A stretch of 64,000 nt of DNA from Hallerella sp. (GTDB taxonomy: Bacteria; Bacillota_I; Bacilli_A; RFN20; CAG-826). Within the stretch, counting starts at the first letter, position 1. Every line of letters starts with the position of its first letter. The DNA is taken from contig CAVJFO010000036.1 of assembly GCA_963648925.1 (NCBI GenBank), forward strand, positions 1,681-65,680. The letters run 5' to 3'. Below, piece after piece: positions 17,705 to 26,778 of this stretch. The notes under the pieces were generated by a model. That model was not told the origin of the DNA. It searched no databases and worked only from the letters and a program-made list of their open reading frames with translations. The position numbers and the translations under genes were made by a program.

Positions 17705-19334
17705 AAAAGGAATAGCGCCTTCCTTATTATCATCTCTCAAAAGGCATCCTATATTGTTATTGTTAACCTTTTTAATTGTGACGTGTTCTGTTTTATCATC
17801 TTTACTTCCTCCCATCGTTTTAGCAAAGTTTGTCGATAAATTAGAAGATGGGACAATGCCCTCAATTCTTATCATCGTTCTTTATTTTGCTAGCCTGTTA
17901 TTGGAAGGAGTTTTCTCTTCCTTGCAAGAGATTATTCTCATCTTATTAGGACAAAAAATAATTCATTCCCTCAGAGGAGAAATGTCAAAGAAACTATCAA
18001 GGTTAGATGCATCCGTTCTTTTAAAACATCAGCCAGGCGAATTAGTAGCTAGATTTTCTTCAGATGTTGATGCGGTCGAAACACTTTTCTCATCTGGAAT
18101 CATTAGCATGTTTGCTGATATAGCACGTCTATTTTCAATAATAGTTATCATTGCGTTTGAAAACACAGGATTGGCTATAATTCTTGTTTTGATATTACCT
18201 CCTTTCATTTTATTTACTAGACACGTTCAAAAGAAAACGCTTGCTTCGCAATTAGAAAACCGTAACGCAATCGCTAAAGAATCTACACAAGTTCCTGAAA
18301 CCATTCATAACATTAGAACCATACATTTATTGGGTTTAGAAAAATATATGGAAAAACGTTATGAGAGAAAGATAGATGACAGTTATCAAGCGATAGAAAA
18401 AACAAACTTCTATGATTCCATTTACTCTCCTATCGTTATTTTCATTAATGCCTTAGTGGTTGGGGTCGTTATGCTACTTTCAAGTTCTGGAAACAAAGAT
18501 ATTCTTTCCTTCTTTGGAATGTCTGTTGGAACTTCTTTAGCCATCATCGCTTATATTGGCAAAATATTTGTGCCAATAGAGAGTTTAGGCATGGAAATTC
18601 AAACGATTCAATCCGCTATGGCTGGTGTGAAGAGAATTGATGAATTCTTAAAAGAAGAGGAGCGTGTATTAAAAATCGGAAAAGAAAACAATGCTCATGG
18701 TGATATTACTTTTTCTCATGTTGATTTTGGATATGATGAAAAACTTATCCTGAAAGATTTCTCTTTAAAGATTGATGATGGTGAACAAATCACGCTTGTC
18801 GGAAGGACCGGAGCAGGTAAATCTACGATTTTCCGTTTATTGCTTGGATTGTATTCTCCGATAAGTGGGAATATCAAAATAGGAGGAGAAGACATTAAAG
18901 AAATAAGTGATTCAAACAGAAGAAAAAACATCGCCTGCGTTGAACAACATTTCTCTCGCATCCAAGGTAATATCCTTTCGCAAATTACGCTCGATGATCC
19001 GACAATTGATGAAGAAACGGCAGTCAAAGCCGCTAAAATGGTGGGATTAGATGAAACTATATCCTCTTTTCCTGATGGCTATTTAACACATTGCTCGGAT
19101 GGAATCTTTTCGCAAGGGCAATGGCAACTGTTATCGATTGCTAGGGCGATTGCATCGAATCCAAAAATCCTTTTGCTAGATGAAATAACCGCTAACCTAG
19201 ATGCAGAAACAGAAAAAGAAGTGCTTAAGGGAATAAAAAACGCTTCAGAAGGAAGAACTCTCATATCAATAAGCCATCGTGTTTATGAAAGCTTAGGTGG
19301 GAGGGTGATAGAAATTAAGCCCTTGGAAGATTGA
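17688..19334 (+). CDS. ABC exporter permease/ATPase half-transporter, subunit 2 (degenerate signature motif)
   Basis: 548 aa. Walker A GRTGAGKST, Q-loop VEQH, Walker B LLLDEITANLD (canonical). The ABC signature is FSQGQWQ instead of LSGGQ. Overlaps subunit 1 by 17 nt. Confidence 0.85.
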   Translation: MKKEIRKGIAPSLLSSLKRHPILLLLTFLIVTCSVLSSLLPPIVLAKFVDKLEDGTMPSILIIVLYFASLLLEGVFSSLQEIILILLGQKIIHSLRGEMSKKLSRLDASVLLKHQPGELVARFSSDVDAVETLFSSGIISMFADIARLFSIIVIIAFENTGLAIILVLILPPFILFTRHVQKKTLASQLENRNAIAKESTQVPETIHNIRTIHLLGLEKYMEKRYERKIDDSYQAIEKTNFYDSIYSPIVIFINALVVGVVMLLSSSGNKDILSFFGMSVGTSLAIIAYIGKIFVPIESLGMEIQTIQSAMAGVKRIDEFLKEEERVLKIGKENNAHGDITFSHVDFGYDEKLILKDFSLKIDDGEQITLVGRTGAGKSTIFRLLLGLYSPISGNIKIGGEDIKEISDSNRRKNIACVEQHFSRIQGNILSQITLDDPTIDEETAVKAAKMVGLDETISSFPDGYLTHCSDGIFSQGQWQLLSIARAIASNPKILLLDEITANLDAETEKEVLKGIKNASEGRTLISISHRVYESLGGRVIEIKPLED

Positions 19335-19494
19335 TTGTCTCAAATGAGGCAAATCGTTTTGTTAAACCAATTAAGCAAAGATATTATATCATTATAATTG
19401 ACAAAGTGTAAATATATATAGTTAAAACTTCAGTATTTGCTTTTATGGAATTACAAATTTGGATGAATTCGAATTCTTTGTTATATGCTACGTA

Positions 19495-19526
19495 ATAAAA
19501 ATAGCCATTTGCAATGGCTATTTTCC
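19495..19526. terminator. bidirectional rho-independent terminator (overlaps the hypA stop)
   Basis: atagccatt-tgc-aatggctat is a 9-bp perfect stem flanked by an A-run and a T-run. Confidence 0.75.
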
Positions 19527-19862
19527 TTCTATTTGAACTATTTCAATGTCTTTGCCACTTATCGGCGTATAATTGTTCGCTTTTCCGCATGTTGGACACG
19601 TGTAGTTGTTTTCTTTTGCGTTGAATATTTCATTGCAAGAGAGGCAACGAACAGTTGACGGAATCATGTTCACAATCAATTTGGTTTCTTTTAGGTCCGT
19701 TTCCTTTATTGCCTCATTCCAGCAAATACGGAAGAAATCCTCTTCAACGCCAGATGATTCGCCAATATTCAAAGTTACTGACAATAATTCGTTTAGGCTA
19801 TTTTCTTTGATTATGTCTTCTAATTGTTCGATAGTTAGAAGAACATAAGACATTTCATGCAT
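19518..19862 (-). CDS. hypA: hydrogenase/nickel-enzyme maturation factor HypA
   Basis: Starts MHEMSY (MHE nickel site). Zinc site CLSC...CPTCG. 114 aa. Confidence 0.85.
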   Translation of the reverse strand: MHEMSYVLLTIEQLEDIIKENSLNELLSVTLNIGESSGVEEDFFRICWNEAIKETDLKETKLIVNMIPSTVRCLSCNEIFNAKENNYTCPTCGKANNYTPISGKDIEIVQIEGK

Positions 19863-19864
19863 AA

Positions 19865-20539
19865 TTATTTGGCTTGATATTCCTTGACCTCTTTTAAGAG
19901 ATATGCGGCCAATTCATCAATTCCTTCGCCTGTTTTTGCTGAAACTGGGAAGAAAACTGCATTTGGATTTAATTTAAGAATGTGTTCTTTTGCTTTTTCA
20001 ATATCGAAATCGAAAACTGATTTGGCGTCCATTTTAGTGAAAACGACAACATTTGCAACCGTGAACATCAATGGATATTTGAGCGGTTTGTCATCTCCTT
20101 CGGGAATGGAAAGAAGTTCGAAAGAAGATGTCGCACCGGTGTCAAATTCCGCAGGACAAACAAGATTTCCGATATTCTCTAAGAAAACTAAGTCTAAATC
20201 ATCAATGCCAAAGCCATCTAATGAATCATCAACCATTTTTGCGTCAAGATGGCATTCGCCAGACGTGTGAATTTGAATTGATTTGACGCCAGTTTCGTTT
20301 GTGATTGTTTCCGCATCGACTGTCGCATCAATATCCGCTTCCATGACACCAATTCTTAAATCATTTTTCAATTTGTTGATTAAAGAAACCAAGAAAGTGG
20401 TTTTTCCACTGCCTGGAGAAGACATTAAGTTAACAAGATAGACATTTTTCTCTTTTAATTTCTTTCTAACTTCGTCCGCTCTTGCATTATTATTTGCAAA
20501 TACGCTTTGTTTTACCTTTATTACACGAATAGAATCCAT
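19865..20539 (-). CDS. hypB: nickel-incorporation GTPase HypB
   Basis: SSPGSGKTTFL P-loop, GECHLDA and ENIGNLVCPAEFD metal/GTPase motifs, TKMD. It has no N-terminal His-rich or CxxCGC segment. Confidence 0.9.
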   Translation of the reverse strand: MDSIRVIKVKQSVFANNNARADEVRKKLKEKNVYLVNLMSSPGSGKTTFLVSLINKLKNDLRIGVMEADIDATVDAETITNETGVKSIQIHTSGECHLDAKMVDDSLDGFGIDDLDLVFLENIGNLVCPAEFDTGATSSFELLSIPEGDDKPLKYPLMFTVANVVVFTKMDAKSVFDFDIEKAKEHILKLNPNAVFFPVSAKTGEGIDELAAYLLKEVKEYQAK

Positions 20540-20564
20540 TTTATTACCTCACAAAACTTCAAAT

Positions 20565-20593
20565 ATTTTAAAAAAATAATGCGCCTATTACAA
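20565..20593 (-). promoter_or_regulatory. candidate hypBA promoter TTGTAA-17-TAAAAT
   Basis: Minus strand: TTGTAA (20593-20588), 17-nt spacer, TAAAAT (20570-20565). The GAGGT SD and hypB ATG follow downstream. Confidence 0.4.
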
Positions 20594-20604
20594 GGTAGGC
20601 GCAT
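20570..20604 (-). terminator. rho-independent terminator of the XRE-TM gene (stem includes its stop codon)
   Basis: Minus strand: atgcgccta-ccttgtaa-taggcgcat (9-bp stem) followed by tattttttt. Confidence 0.65.
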
Positions 20605-21217
20605 CAAACTTATCAATTGATGAATTATAGAAGAAGATCGTTCCGATCGTTGCGGGTATAGGCGTTAAGCCAATAAACCACAAATTCCACCCGATCGATA
20701 CATCCATTCCTAATTCAACATATAAGGACAAAGCCACGGTCCAATATAAACAAATAATGGTAATAAGCATATCTAAGCTTTTTCCCCATTTCTTAGCAAA
20801 ATAGAAGATAGCAATAAATGAAGCAGGTATAGCCCAAATAAAAGATAACCATGGGGACCATGAGGTGATATTTGCGATTCTTAGGGCGGAATATATGACA
20901 GCTGCGATAGTCCAAACAAAGACGACCGATAAGGCCACGACAATTATTTTGTTACGCCTTACGTCTTTTGGATCAAGCTTTCCATCGTGTTTTAACGTTT
21001 CATCGGAATGTTCTTTGGTCAGATAATCTAACGTTACCCCATAAAATGAAGCAAGTTCAGATAGAATGTTAATATCAGGAAGCCCTTCGCCCGTTTCCCA
21101 TTTGGAAATTGATTTATCGCTATAGGAAAATTGCTCAGCTAATTGCCCTTGCGTTAGACCTCTAGCTTTTCTAAGAGAAGAGAGATTTTTCGATATGACT
21201 TTAGATAAATCTTTCAT
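20588..21217 (-). CDS. membrane-anchored XRE-family HTH transcriptional regulator
   Basis: N-terminus LRKARGLTQGQLAEQFSYSDKSISKWETGEGLPDINILSELASFYGVTLDYL is an HTH_XRE domain. The C-terminal half has about 4 TM segments. Confidence 0.75.
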   Translation of the reverse strand: MKDLSKVISKNLSSLRKARGLTQGQLAEQFSYSDKSISKWETGEGLPDINILSELASFYGVTLDYLTKEHSDETLKHDGKLDPKDVRRNKIIVVALSVVFVWTIAAVIYSALRIANITSWSPWLSFIWAIPASFIAIFYFAKKWGKSLDMLITIICLYWTVALSLYVELGMDVSIGWNLWFIGLTPIPATIGTIFFYNSSIDKFDAPTL

Positions 21218-21355
21218 GATTTTATTGTATTACAAACAAAAACCATGAGACAAAAAACTTTTGTAAAGAAACTCTTCCAAAATATCTCTCAAAAATTAGC
21301 AATTTAATTTGTTCTCAGTTACAATACATTGTAAGGAGGTAAAAAATATACATAT

Positions 21356-22951
21356 ATGTATCAAGAGGAAATGAAATCCTCGGGCTTAGCCAAATTCTTA
21401 AATGAATATGACTATGTATTCGTGGACACATGTTCCTTGATGGAAGACACTTTCCCATTATTCATGGATAAATTGGTATCCTCAAAAGAATATTGGAGAG
21501 AAGAATTGCAAGTAATTGTCCTTGGCGAATGCGTCGATGAGTTAAAAAAACATTCTAAAGAGAAAAACAAAGAACGTGCATCATCGAGATTAGCAGCCAC
21601 TAGAGCCTTAAAGATTCTTCGCCATGATAGATGGCATAGCCGCGCTCTAACAATTACGAAACCCTTAGGCGAATCATTTGCCGATAACGCAATATACACA
21701 AGAGTCTCAGGCCTAAGAATTCATAATAAAATCCTTGTCATCACCCAGGATAAAACCTTGACAACAGATTTATTGAAAATGAATAACCTTGATTCCCAGA
21801 AGGGCAGATATCTTAGCGTTTACCGCATCAATCAAGATTCTGAATTAGAAAAGAACCCTGGTGAAACATCGTTAAAACAATCTTTCAACAAGAAACGTGA
21901 CGCTTCGTCTTTTCAAAAAGTAGAAAAAGACACAAATAAACCAAGAGAGTTAACCAAACTCCAAAAGAACATTCTTCAAGCGGATGAGAGAATCACAAAG
22001 ATGCTTCCTGATCCAAATTGCAAACTTAAGAACAAAATTAAAGAGATTGAGGAACAAATCTCTCGTTTGAAGAAAGGCAATGAGCAAATAAAGGATCTCA
22101 AACTTAACTTTAGTAGAGAAGAACTCATTGTAAAAAAGAGCGAACTTCTAAAAGAGAAATCATCCAAGAAAAAAGAGAAGAAGGAATATCCAACAATTAA
22201 GGAATCTACTTCTTTTAAAACGGGTGAAGGAAAACTTCCTTCTGAAGCACTTCGTCGTCTTGCACTTAATTACAACACAATTTTAAGAGGATCATCCGTT
22301 CCTTATTTCCCAGAAATTCACGGGGAATTAGATCTAAGCGAAGATGATCTTACAAACGTTGATGTTCTTGGTGCAAAAGGAGGAAACTTCGTCTATAAAA
22401 AAGGCGATAAAACATATTTCTTTGTCTTTGATAAGAATTATTCCGTTTCTTTGAATAAGAAAGAGGAAAAACAACCTAAGTCAAAGGAAGAAATCAAGCC
22501 TATCGAGAAGAAGAAACCTCTTCAAGAAAAGAAACAACCTTCAAAGAAGGAAAAGAATCAAAAAGAGAAAACTCAACCTAAAGAAAATGAAAACTTAACT
22601 GGCAAAAAGGTTAAGATTGTCAAAGTTAGGGGAAGTGTATCTGGCGGTTCTTCTAGCGCTATCCCAGAAGGCATAATTCTTGTCGTAGGGGAAAGCAAGA
22701 AAAAGAAGGTTCCTAGCAAAGCTCAAGACAAATCGCAGCCTAGCAAGAAAGATGATAAACTCATCGTTGAAGCAAGGCTATACGATAAAACCTTGAACGC
22801 CAATCTCCATAATCCGAATTATCCAAAAGATAAATCATTAAAAGAGATTAGCAAACAAAAAGAGAGATTGAAAAAACTCAAAAAAGAAGACACAAAAGAT
22901 TTCCAATTAAGTCTTAGTGATCTTGAAAAGCTTGAAAAAGCTAAAAAATAA
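21356..22951 (+). CDS. hypothetical protein: N-terminal PIN-like (PhoH2/Smg6-type) domain plus a long lysine-rich, partly coiled-coil C-terminal region
   Basis: Acidic-residue pattern: FVDTCSLM / VIVLGECVDELKKHSK / ADNAIYTRV / LVITQDKTLTTDL, in about 150 aa. The remaining roughly 380 aa are K/E-rich low complexity with two short globular-looking islands. Confidence 0.5.
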   Translation: MYQEEMKSSGLAKFLNEYDYVFVDTCSLMEDTFPLFMDKLVSSKEYWREELQVIVLGECVDELKKHSKEKNKERASSRLAATRALKILRHDRWHSRALTITKPLGESFADNAIYTRVSGLRIHNKILVITQDKTLTTDLLKMNNLDSQKGRYLSVYRINQDSELEKNPGETSLKQSFNKKRDASSFQKVEKDTNKPRELTKLQKNILQADERITKMLPDPNCKLKNKIKEIEEQISRLKKGNEQIKDLKLNFSREELIVKKSELLKEKSSKKKEKKEYPTIKESTSFKTGEGKLPSEALRRLALNYNTILRGSSVPYFPEIHGELDLSEDDLTNVDVLGAKGGNFVYKKGDKTYFFVFDKNYSVSLNKKEEKQPKSKEEIKPIEKKKPLQEKKQPSKKEKNQKEKTQPKENENLTGKKVKIVKVRGSVSGGSSSAIPEGIILVVGESKKKKVPSKAQDKSQPSKKDDKLIVEARLYDKTLNANLHNPNYPKDKSLKEISKQKERLKKLKKEDTKDFQLSLSDLEKLEKAKK

Positions 22952-22957
22952 CAATTT

Positions 22958-22995
22958 AAAAATCCATTCCCACATCAAAGGAATGGATTTTTTTG
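22958..22995. terminator. bidirectional rho-independent terminator between convergent genes
   Basis: aaatccattcc-cacatcaaa-ggaatggattt flanked by an A-run and a T-run. A second hairpin gcacct...aggtgc+tttt lies at 22995-23024. Confidence 0.75.
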
Positions 22996-23064
22996 CACCT
23001 AAAGGAGGGGCTAAGGTGCTTTTATTAAGGCAGAAAGGAGATGCCTAATAATTCTAGGATTATT

Positions 23065-24210
23065 CTACATCAATTTCTTGAAGAGAGCGACAACTTCTTC
23101 GTGAGTTGCTTCTTTTGGATTTCCAGGATAGCAGGCATCATGAAGAGCATCAGTTGCAAGATTATCTAAATCGGAAGCAAGGATCTTCTCACATTTTGTT
23201 GGAATGCCAACATCTTTAGAGAGCTCTTTGACTGCGTTAATTGCTGCGGCACGATATTCTTCTTGAGACATGCTTTCAGTTCCCTTAACGCCTAAAGCAA
23301 CAGCGATATCTCTATATTTTTCACCAGTGACGTCAGCGTTGAATTCCATAGCGATAGGAAGAAGCATTGCGCAAGCGACTCCGTGAGGAACATCATAATA
23401 TGCAGAAAGCGTATGTGCCATAGCGTGGTCAATGCCTAAGCCAACATTGGAGAAACCCATGCCAGCGATATATTGTCCTAAAGCCATTCCTTCGCGGCCA
23501 TCAGGATCATTTACGACTGCTTTGCGGAGACTCTTTCCGATGATTTCGATCGCTTTGATATGGAACATATCGGACATTGTCCATGCGCCACGGGTGATAT
23601 AGCCTTCGATAGCGTGAGTTAAAGCATCCATGCCAGTTGAAGCGGTAAGACCTTTTGGCATTGAAGCCATCATATCAGGATCAACAATGGCGACAACAGG
23701 CATATCGTGAGCATCAACACAAACGAATTTTCTCTTCTTTTCAACATCAGTGATGACATAGTTGATGGTAACCTCAGCAGCAGTGCCAGCAGTGGTTGCA
23801 ACCGCGATAATTGGTAAGCATGGTTTCTTTGTTGGAGCAACGCCTTCAAGAGATCTGACATCAGCAAATTCTGGGTTTGTCATAATGATGCCAATAGCTT
23901 TTGAGGTATCCATTGAGGATCCTCCGCCGATAGCGATGATAAAATCAGCACCAGCTTCTTTACAAGCTTCAACGCCGCTTGTGACGTTTTCAATTGTTGG
24001 GTTTGGCTTGATGTTGGAATAAAGCTTATAAGCAATTCCGGCTTTGTCGAGTAAATCGGTGACTTTTGAAGTGACACCAAATTTGACTAAATCTGGATCG
24101 GAGCAAACTAAAGCTTTTTTGAAACCTCTAGCTTGAACTTCTGGAACAATGTTTTCAATTGCGCCATGTCCATGATAAGAAGTTTCGTTTAACATGAATC
24201 TGTAAGACAT
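23065..24210 (-). CDS. iron-containing alcohol dehydrogenase (lactaldehyde/1,2-propanediol oxidoreductase-like)
   Basis: 381 aa. GGGSSMDT NAD motif, metal-binding His cluster (HAMAH, H..E), FucO-like N-terminus MSYRFMLNETSYHGHGAI. Confidence 0.85.
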   Translation of the reverse strand: MSYRFMLNETSYHGHGAIENIVPEVQARGFKKALVCSDPDLVKFGVTSKVTDLLDKAGIAYKLYSNIKPNPTIENVTSGVEACKEAGADFIIAIGGGSSMDTSKAIGIIMTNPEFADVRSLEGVAPTKKPCLPIIAVATTAGTAAEVTINYVITDVEKKRKFVCVDAHDMPVVAIVDPDMMASMPKGLTASTGMDALTHAIEGYITRGAWTMSDMFHIKAIEIIGKSLRKAVVNDPDGREGMALGQYIAGMGFSNVGLGIDHAMAHTLSAYYDVPHGVACAMLLPIAMEFNADVTGEKYRDIAVALGVKGTESMSQEEYRAAAINAVKELSKDVGIPTKCEKILASDLDNLATDALHDACYPGNPKEATHEEVVALFKKLM

Positions 24211-24375
24211 TTTTAATTACCTCTTTTTATTTACGTTCATTAGAACGTTTTGCATATTTAGTTTAGCACTTAATAAAACTTTACCGGTATAGAATTATCA
24301 AATTTGATTGAAATGTTGATAAGTGAGCAAAAAAGTTGCAATGTCAAATACAAGAAATTGATAAATTTAAGTACA

Positions 24376-24426
24376 GAAAAAACCATTTTACTTACCTACT
24401 TTGGTAGGCTTTCAAATGGTTTTTAA
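24376..24426 (-). terminator. rho-independent terminator ending the opp-protease operon
   Basis: Minus strand: aaaaaccattt...(inner cctac/gtagg stem)...aaatggtttttt. Confidence 0.7.
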
Positions 24427-24432
24427 AGAGAA

Positions 24433-26271
24433 TTAGTTTAAGTTGATGCTGATTTCTGCGATGGCGCCGTATTCAGAATCTTCTTTGATGCTTGTGACCT
24501 TCAAATTGAAGTTGCAAGTCATGTCTTCGTCGATTTCGTAGAACATGTTATTGCCACTCCATCCCAAGGTTGTTTTAGCCTTGTTCCAAAGATTTGTTCC
24601 AGAAGGCATGAAGTTCTTTGCCCAAGTGGAAGCTTCGCCTTTCGTGTTAACTAAGTTGAAGCGGTTGTTCTCTTTGAAGAGAGTTGCAGAAGTTGTGGCG
24701 TTAAAGTGAGAGGAATTTGTCCAGTTTGTTGCACCGACTGTGGATTCCATTAAGGAACTCTCAGTGAAATAGGCATTAACGTTGGAGTTATAAGAACCTT
24801 TCATTCTAGAGATTGTGCCATATTTTGCATCTGGATGATCTTTGCTGATGTTAGTTGGAACTTTAACTGCGTTTGATTCTTCTGGCCAATAATCGGAGTC
24901 ATATTTGACACCCATACGTCCACCATAGGTGTTGCATGTGCGGTTATCTCCGCCATCAGCGCCTAAGCTATTTGGATCAGAAACTGTTTCGTCGTGATTG
25001 TCTTGATACATTCTTGCATCAACGTGAGTGATTCTAAGGCCTGGTTCGGTATATCCGGTTGTATTGGAGTAACCAGAGATATAGTCACGTTCGGCAAGGC
25101 CATAAGGTCCCATCAATTCGACCATTAAATATTCATCAAAGGCTGTTCCGTTATAATTTGGGGAAGCTAAGACAAGCGCGTCTCCGCTAGTTGTTCCAGC
25201 ACGTAAGGTAATTTTGGCCGTTTTGTCACCTTCAAGGTCTTCTTCTTTAAGAATATATGGGTTGATCCAGCCATACATGAATTTGGTATAAGCACCATGA
25301 TCGCCAAGGTTTTGATCCATGTAATCGATAGAACCCATTGGTTTCCATGTATTGGTGTAATCATAGAAATCGTTAACGCCTAATGTGTGGCCAGTTTCGT
25401 GGATGAAGGTATGTGGATCATATCCATTAAAGGAATCCATGAATTGGGTTGAAGCCCAAGCAAGGGTCATGATTGATGGATTGACATAATCAGGCTTATT
25501 GGAGGTGTATGTAACATACGCCCACCAGAAGGAAGTGTCGTTGTTATTGTAGTTATAAGCGTAAACTTGCCAGATTAAATCGAGATATCCGTCATTATCT
25601 GTATCGAAATCGCTCCAGGTGTATTCCCAATCCGCGCCTAATTGGCCATGATCTGTTTTTGCATATTCTGCGATATACCAATCACGAACGTAGGAGGACA
25701 TGGAAACGCCAGCTCCGCCACTGGCTTTGCTTTGGAATTGTTTTGCTGTGCCGTTGTATTCAATCCAGGTAGGAAGAACGACGACATCAAATGTGCCCTT
25801 TCCAAAGGAAGATTGTTGATAGAAAGATTGAACGGAAGTGATTTTAGAACCGGATAATTGCTCTAATTCTTCATCGCTTGCCGTAAATGTCTTATCGATT
25901 TTTGTTAAGAGTTCATCGGTTGGGTTGATCCAGTTGGAATCGGTTGAATCAGCTTGGAAAGAGATAGGGGCGACAAGCAATTTTTGATGAACGCCATTAT
26001 CTGGATTTGAATTGACGTGTGGTGAGCCAGAAGCCTTGTAGATGCCAGAACGGGTAAGATTAAGAGTCTCGCCTTTGCTATTCGTATATGTTGTTTGACC
26101 TCTTGCTAAATCTTTTTCGGTGATGACGTTCTCATTTTGGCTTGAAGATGAAGATGTGCTATCACCGCCTTGTGATTCTTGAGAGCTTGATGAAGAAGAA
26201 TCACTAGGATTACAAGCTGCTAAAGAAAGAACCATCAAGAACGACAATGTTAATAATGATTGTTTTTTCAT
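24433..26271 (-). CDS. M6 (immune inhibitor A)-like zinc metalloprotease lipoprotein
   Basis: Start moved to MKKQSLLTLSFLMVLSLAAC (GGAGG 5 nt upstream), with lipobox LAAC. Zinc motif FIHETGHTLGVNDFYDY (HExxH...D.Y). Ser-rich linker after the lipobox. Confidence 0.65.
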   Translation of the reverse strand: MKKQSLLTLSFLMVLSLAACNPSDSSSSSSQESQGGDSTSSSSSQNENVITEKDLARGQTTYTNSKGETLNLTRSGIYKASGSPHVNSNPDNGVHQKLLVAPISFQADSTDSNWINPTDELLTKIDKTFTASDEELEQLSGSKITSVQSFYQQSSFGKGTFDVVVLPTWIEYNGTAKQFQSKASGGAGVSMSSYVRDWYIAEYAKTDHGQLGADWEYTWSDFDTDNDGYLDLIWQVYAYNYNNNDTSFWWAYVTYTSNKPDYVNPSIMTLAWASTQFMDSFNGYDPHTFIHETGHTLGVNDFYDYTNTWKPMGSIDYMDQNLGDHGAYTKFMYGWINPYILKEEDLEGDKTAKITLRAGTTSGDALVLASPNYNGTAFDEYLMVELMGPYGLAERDYISGYSNTTGYTEPGLRITHVDARMYQDNHDETVSDPNSLGADGGDNRTCNTYGGRMGVKYDSDYWPEESNAVKVPTNISKDHPDAKYGTISRMKGSYNSNVNAYFTESSLMESTVGATNWTNSSHFNATTSATLFKENNRFNLVNTKGEASTWAKNFMPSGTNLWNKAKTTLGWSGNNMFYEIDEDMTCNFNLKVTSIKEDSEYGAIAEISINLN

Positions 26272-26286
26272 AATTTCCTCCATTTG

Positions 26287-26778
26287 TTAAATATTTATGT
26301 AGATGATAAGTAAGATAATTCCTACTAAGAAGAAAGTTCCGCTGCTAACAAGAAGAATGCTTACTGGCTTTTTTCTTTTCGTGTCTTTCATGACTTTGTA
26401 GTCATAATAAGTTTTTGGGAAACTTGTCTGTCGATATTTAGGCCTAAAGGTTACTAAGAACAACGTTTGTACCGAATAGGCTAATATATCAAATGCCCCT
26501 TTTGAAGAAATGTATGAGAGGGCGAAGAAGCATAATCCTAGCAAACCGCTCAAACTGAATGAGTCAGAGAGGATATGCATGATGAGGTTTTTATCTTGTC
26601 CAGTTCCCTCAGGGCCATTTGTCAGAGTGTAATATTCGACAAAGCCAATCAGAAGACCGGTCAGAATCAGAACGAGAAGAGAACTTATTAGAATTCTTAC
26701 GGTTCGAGGATTCCAAAATTTCTCTTTATCCCCTTGCTCTCCCCCTTTTTGGGGATCTGCATAAGGGATTTTGCTCAT
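26287..26778 (-). CDS. small membrane protein, DUF3899-like
   Basis: 163 aa, 3-4 TM. SKGAFDILAYSVQTLF...YYDYK pattern. Start overlaps the oppF stop (ATGA). Confidence 0.45.
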   Translation of the reverse strand: MSKIPYADPQKGGEQGDKEKFWNPRTVRILISSLLVLILTGLLIGFVEYYTLTNGPEGTGQDKNLIMHILSDSFSLSGLLGLCFFALSYISSKGAFDILAYSVQTLFLVTFRPKYRQTSFPKTYYDYKVMKDTKRKKPVSILLVSSGTFFLVGIILLIIYINI

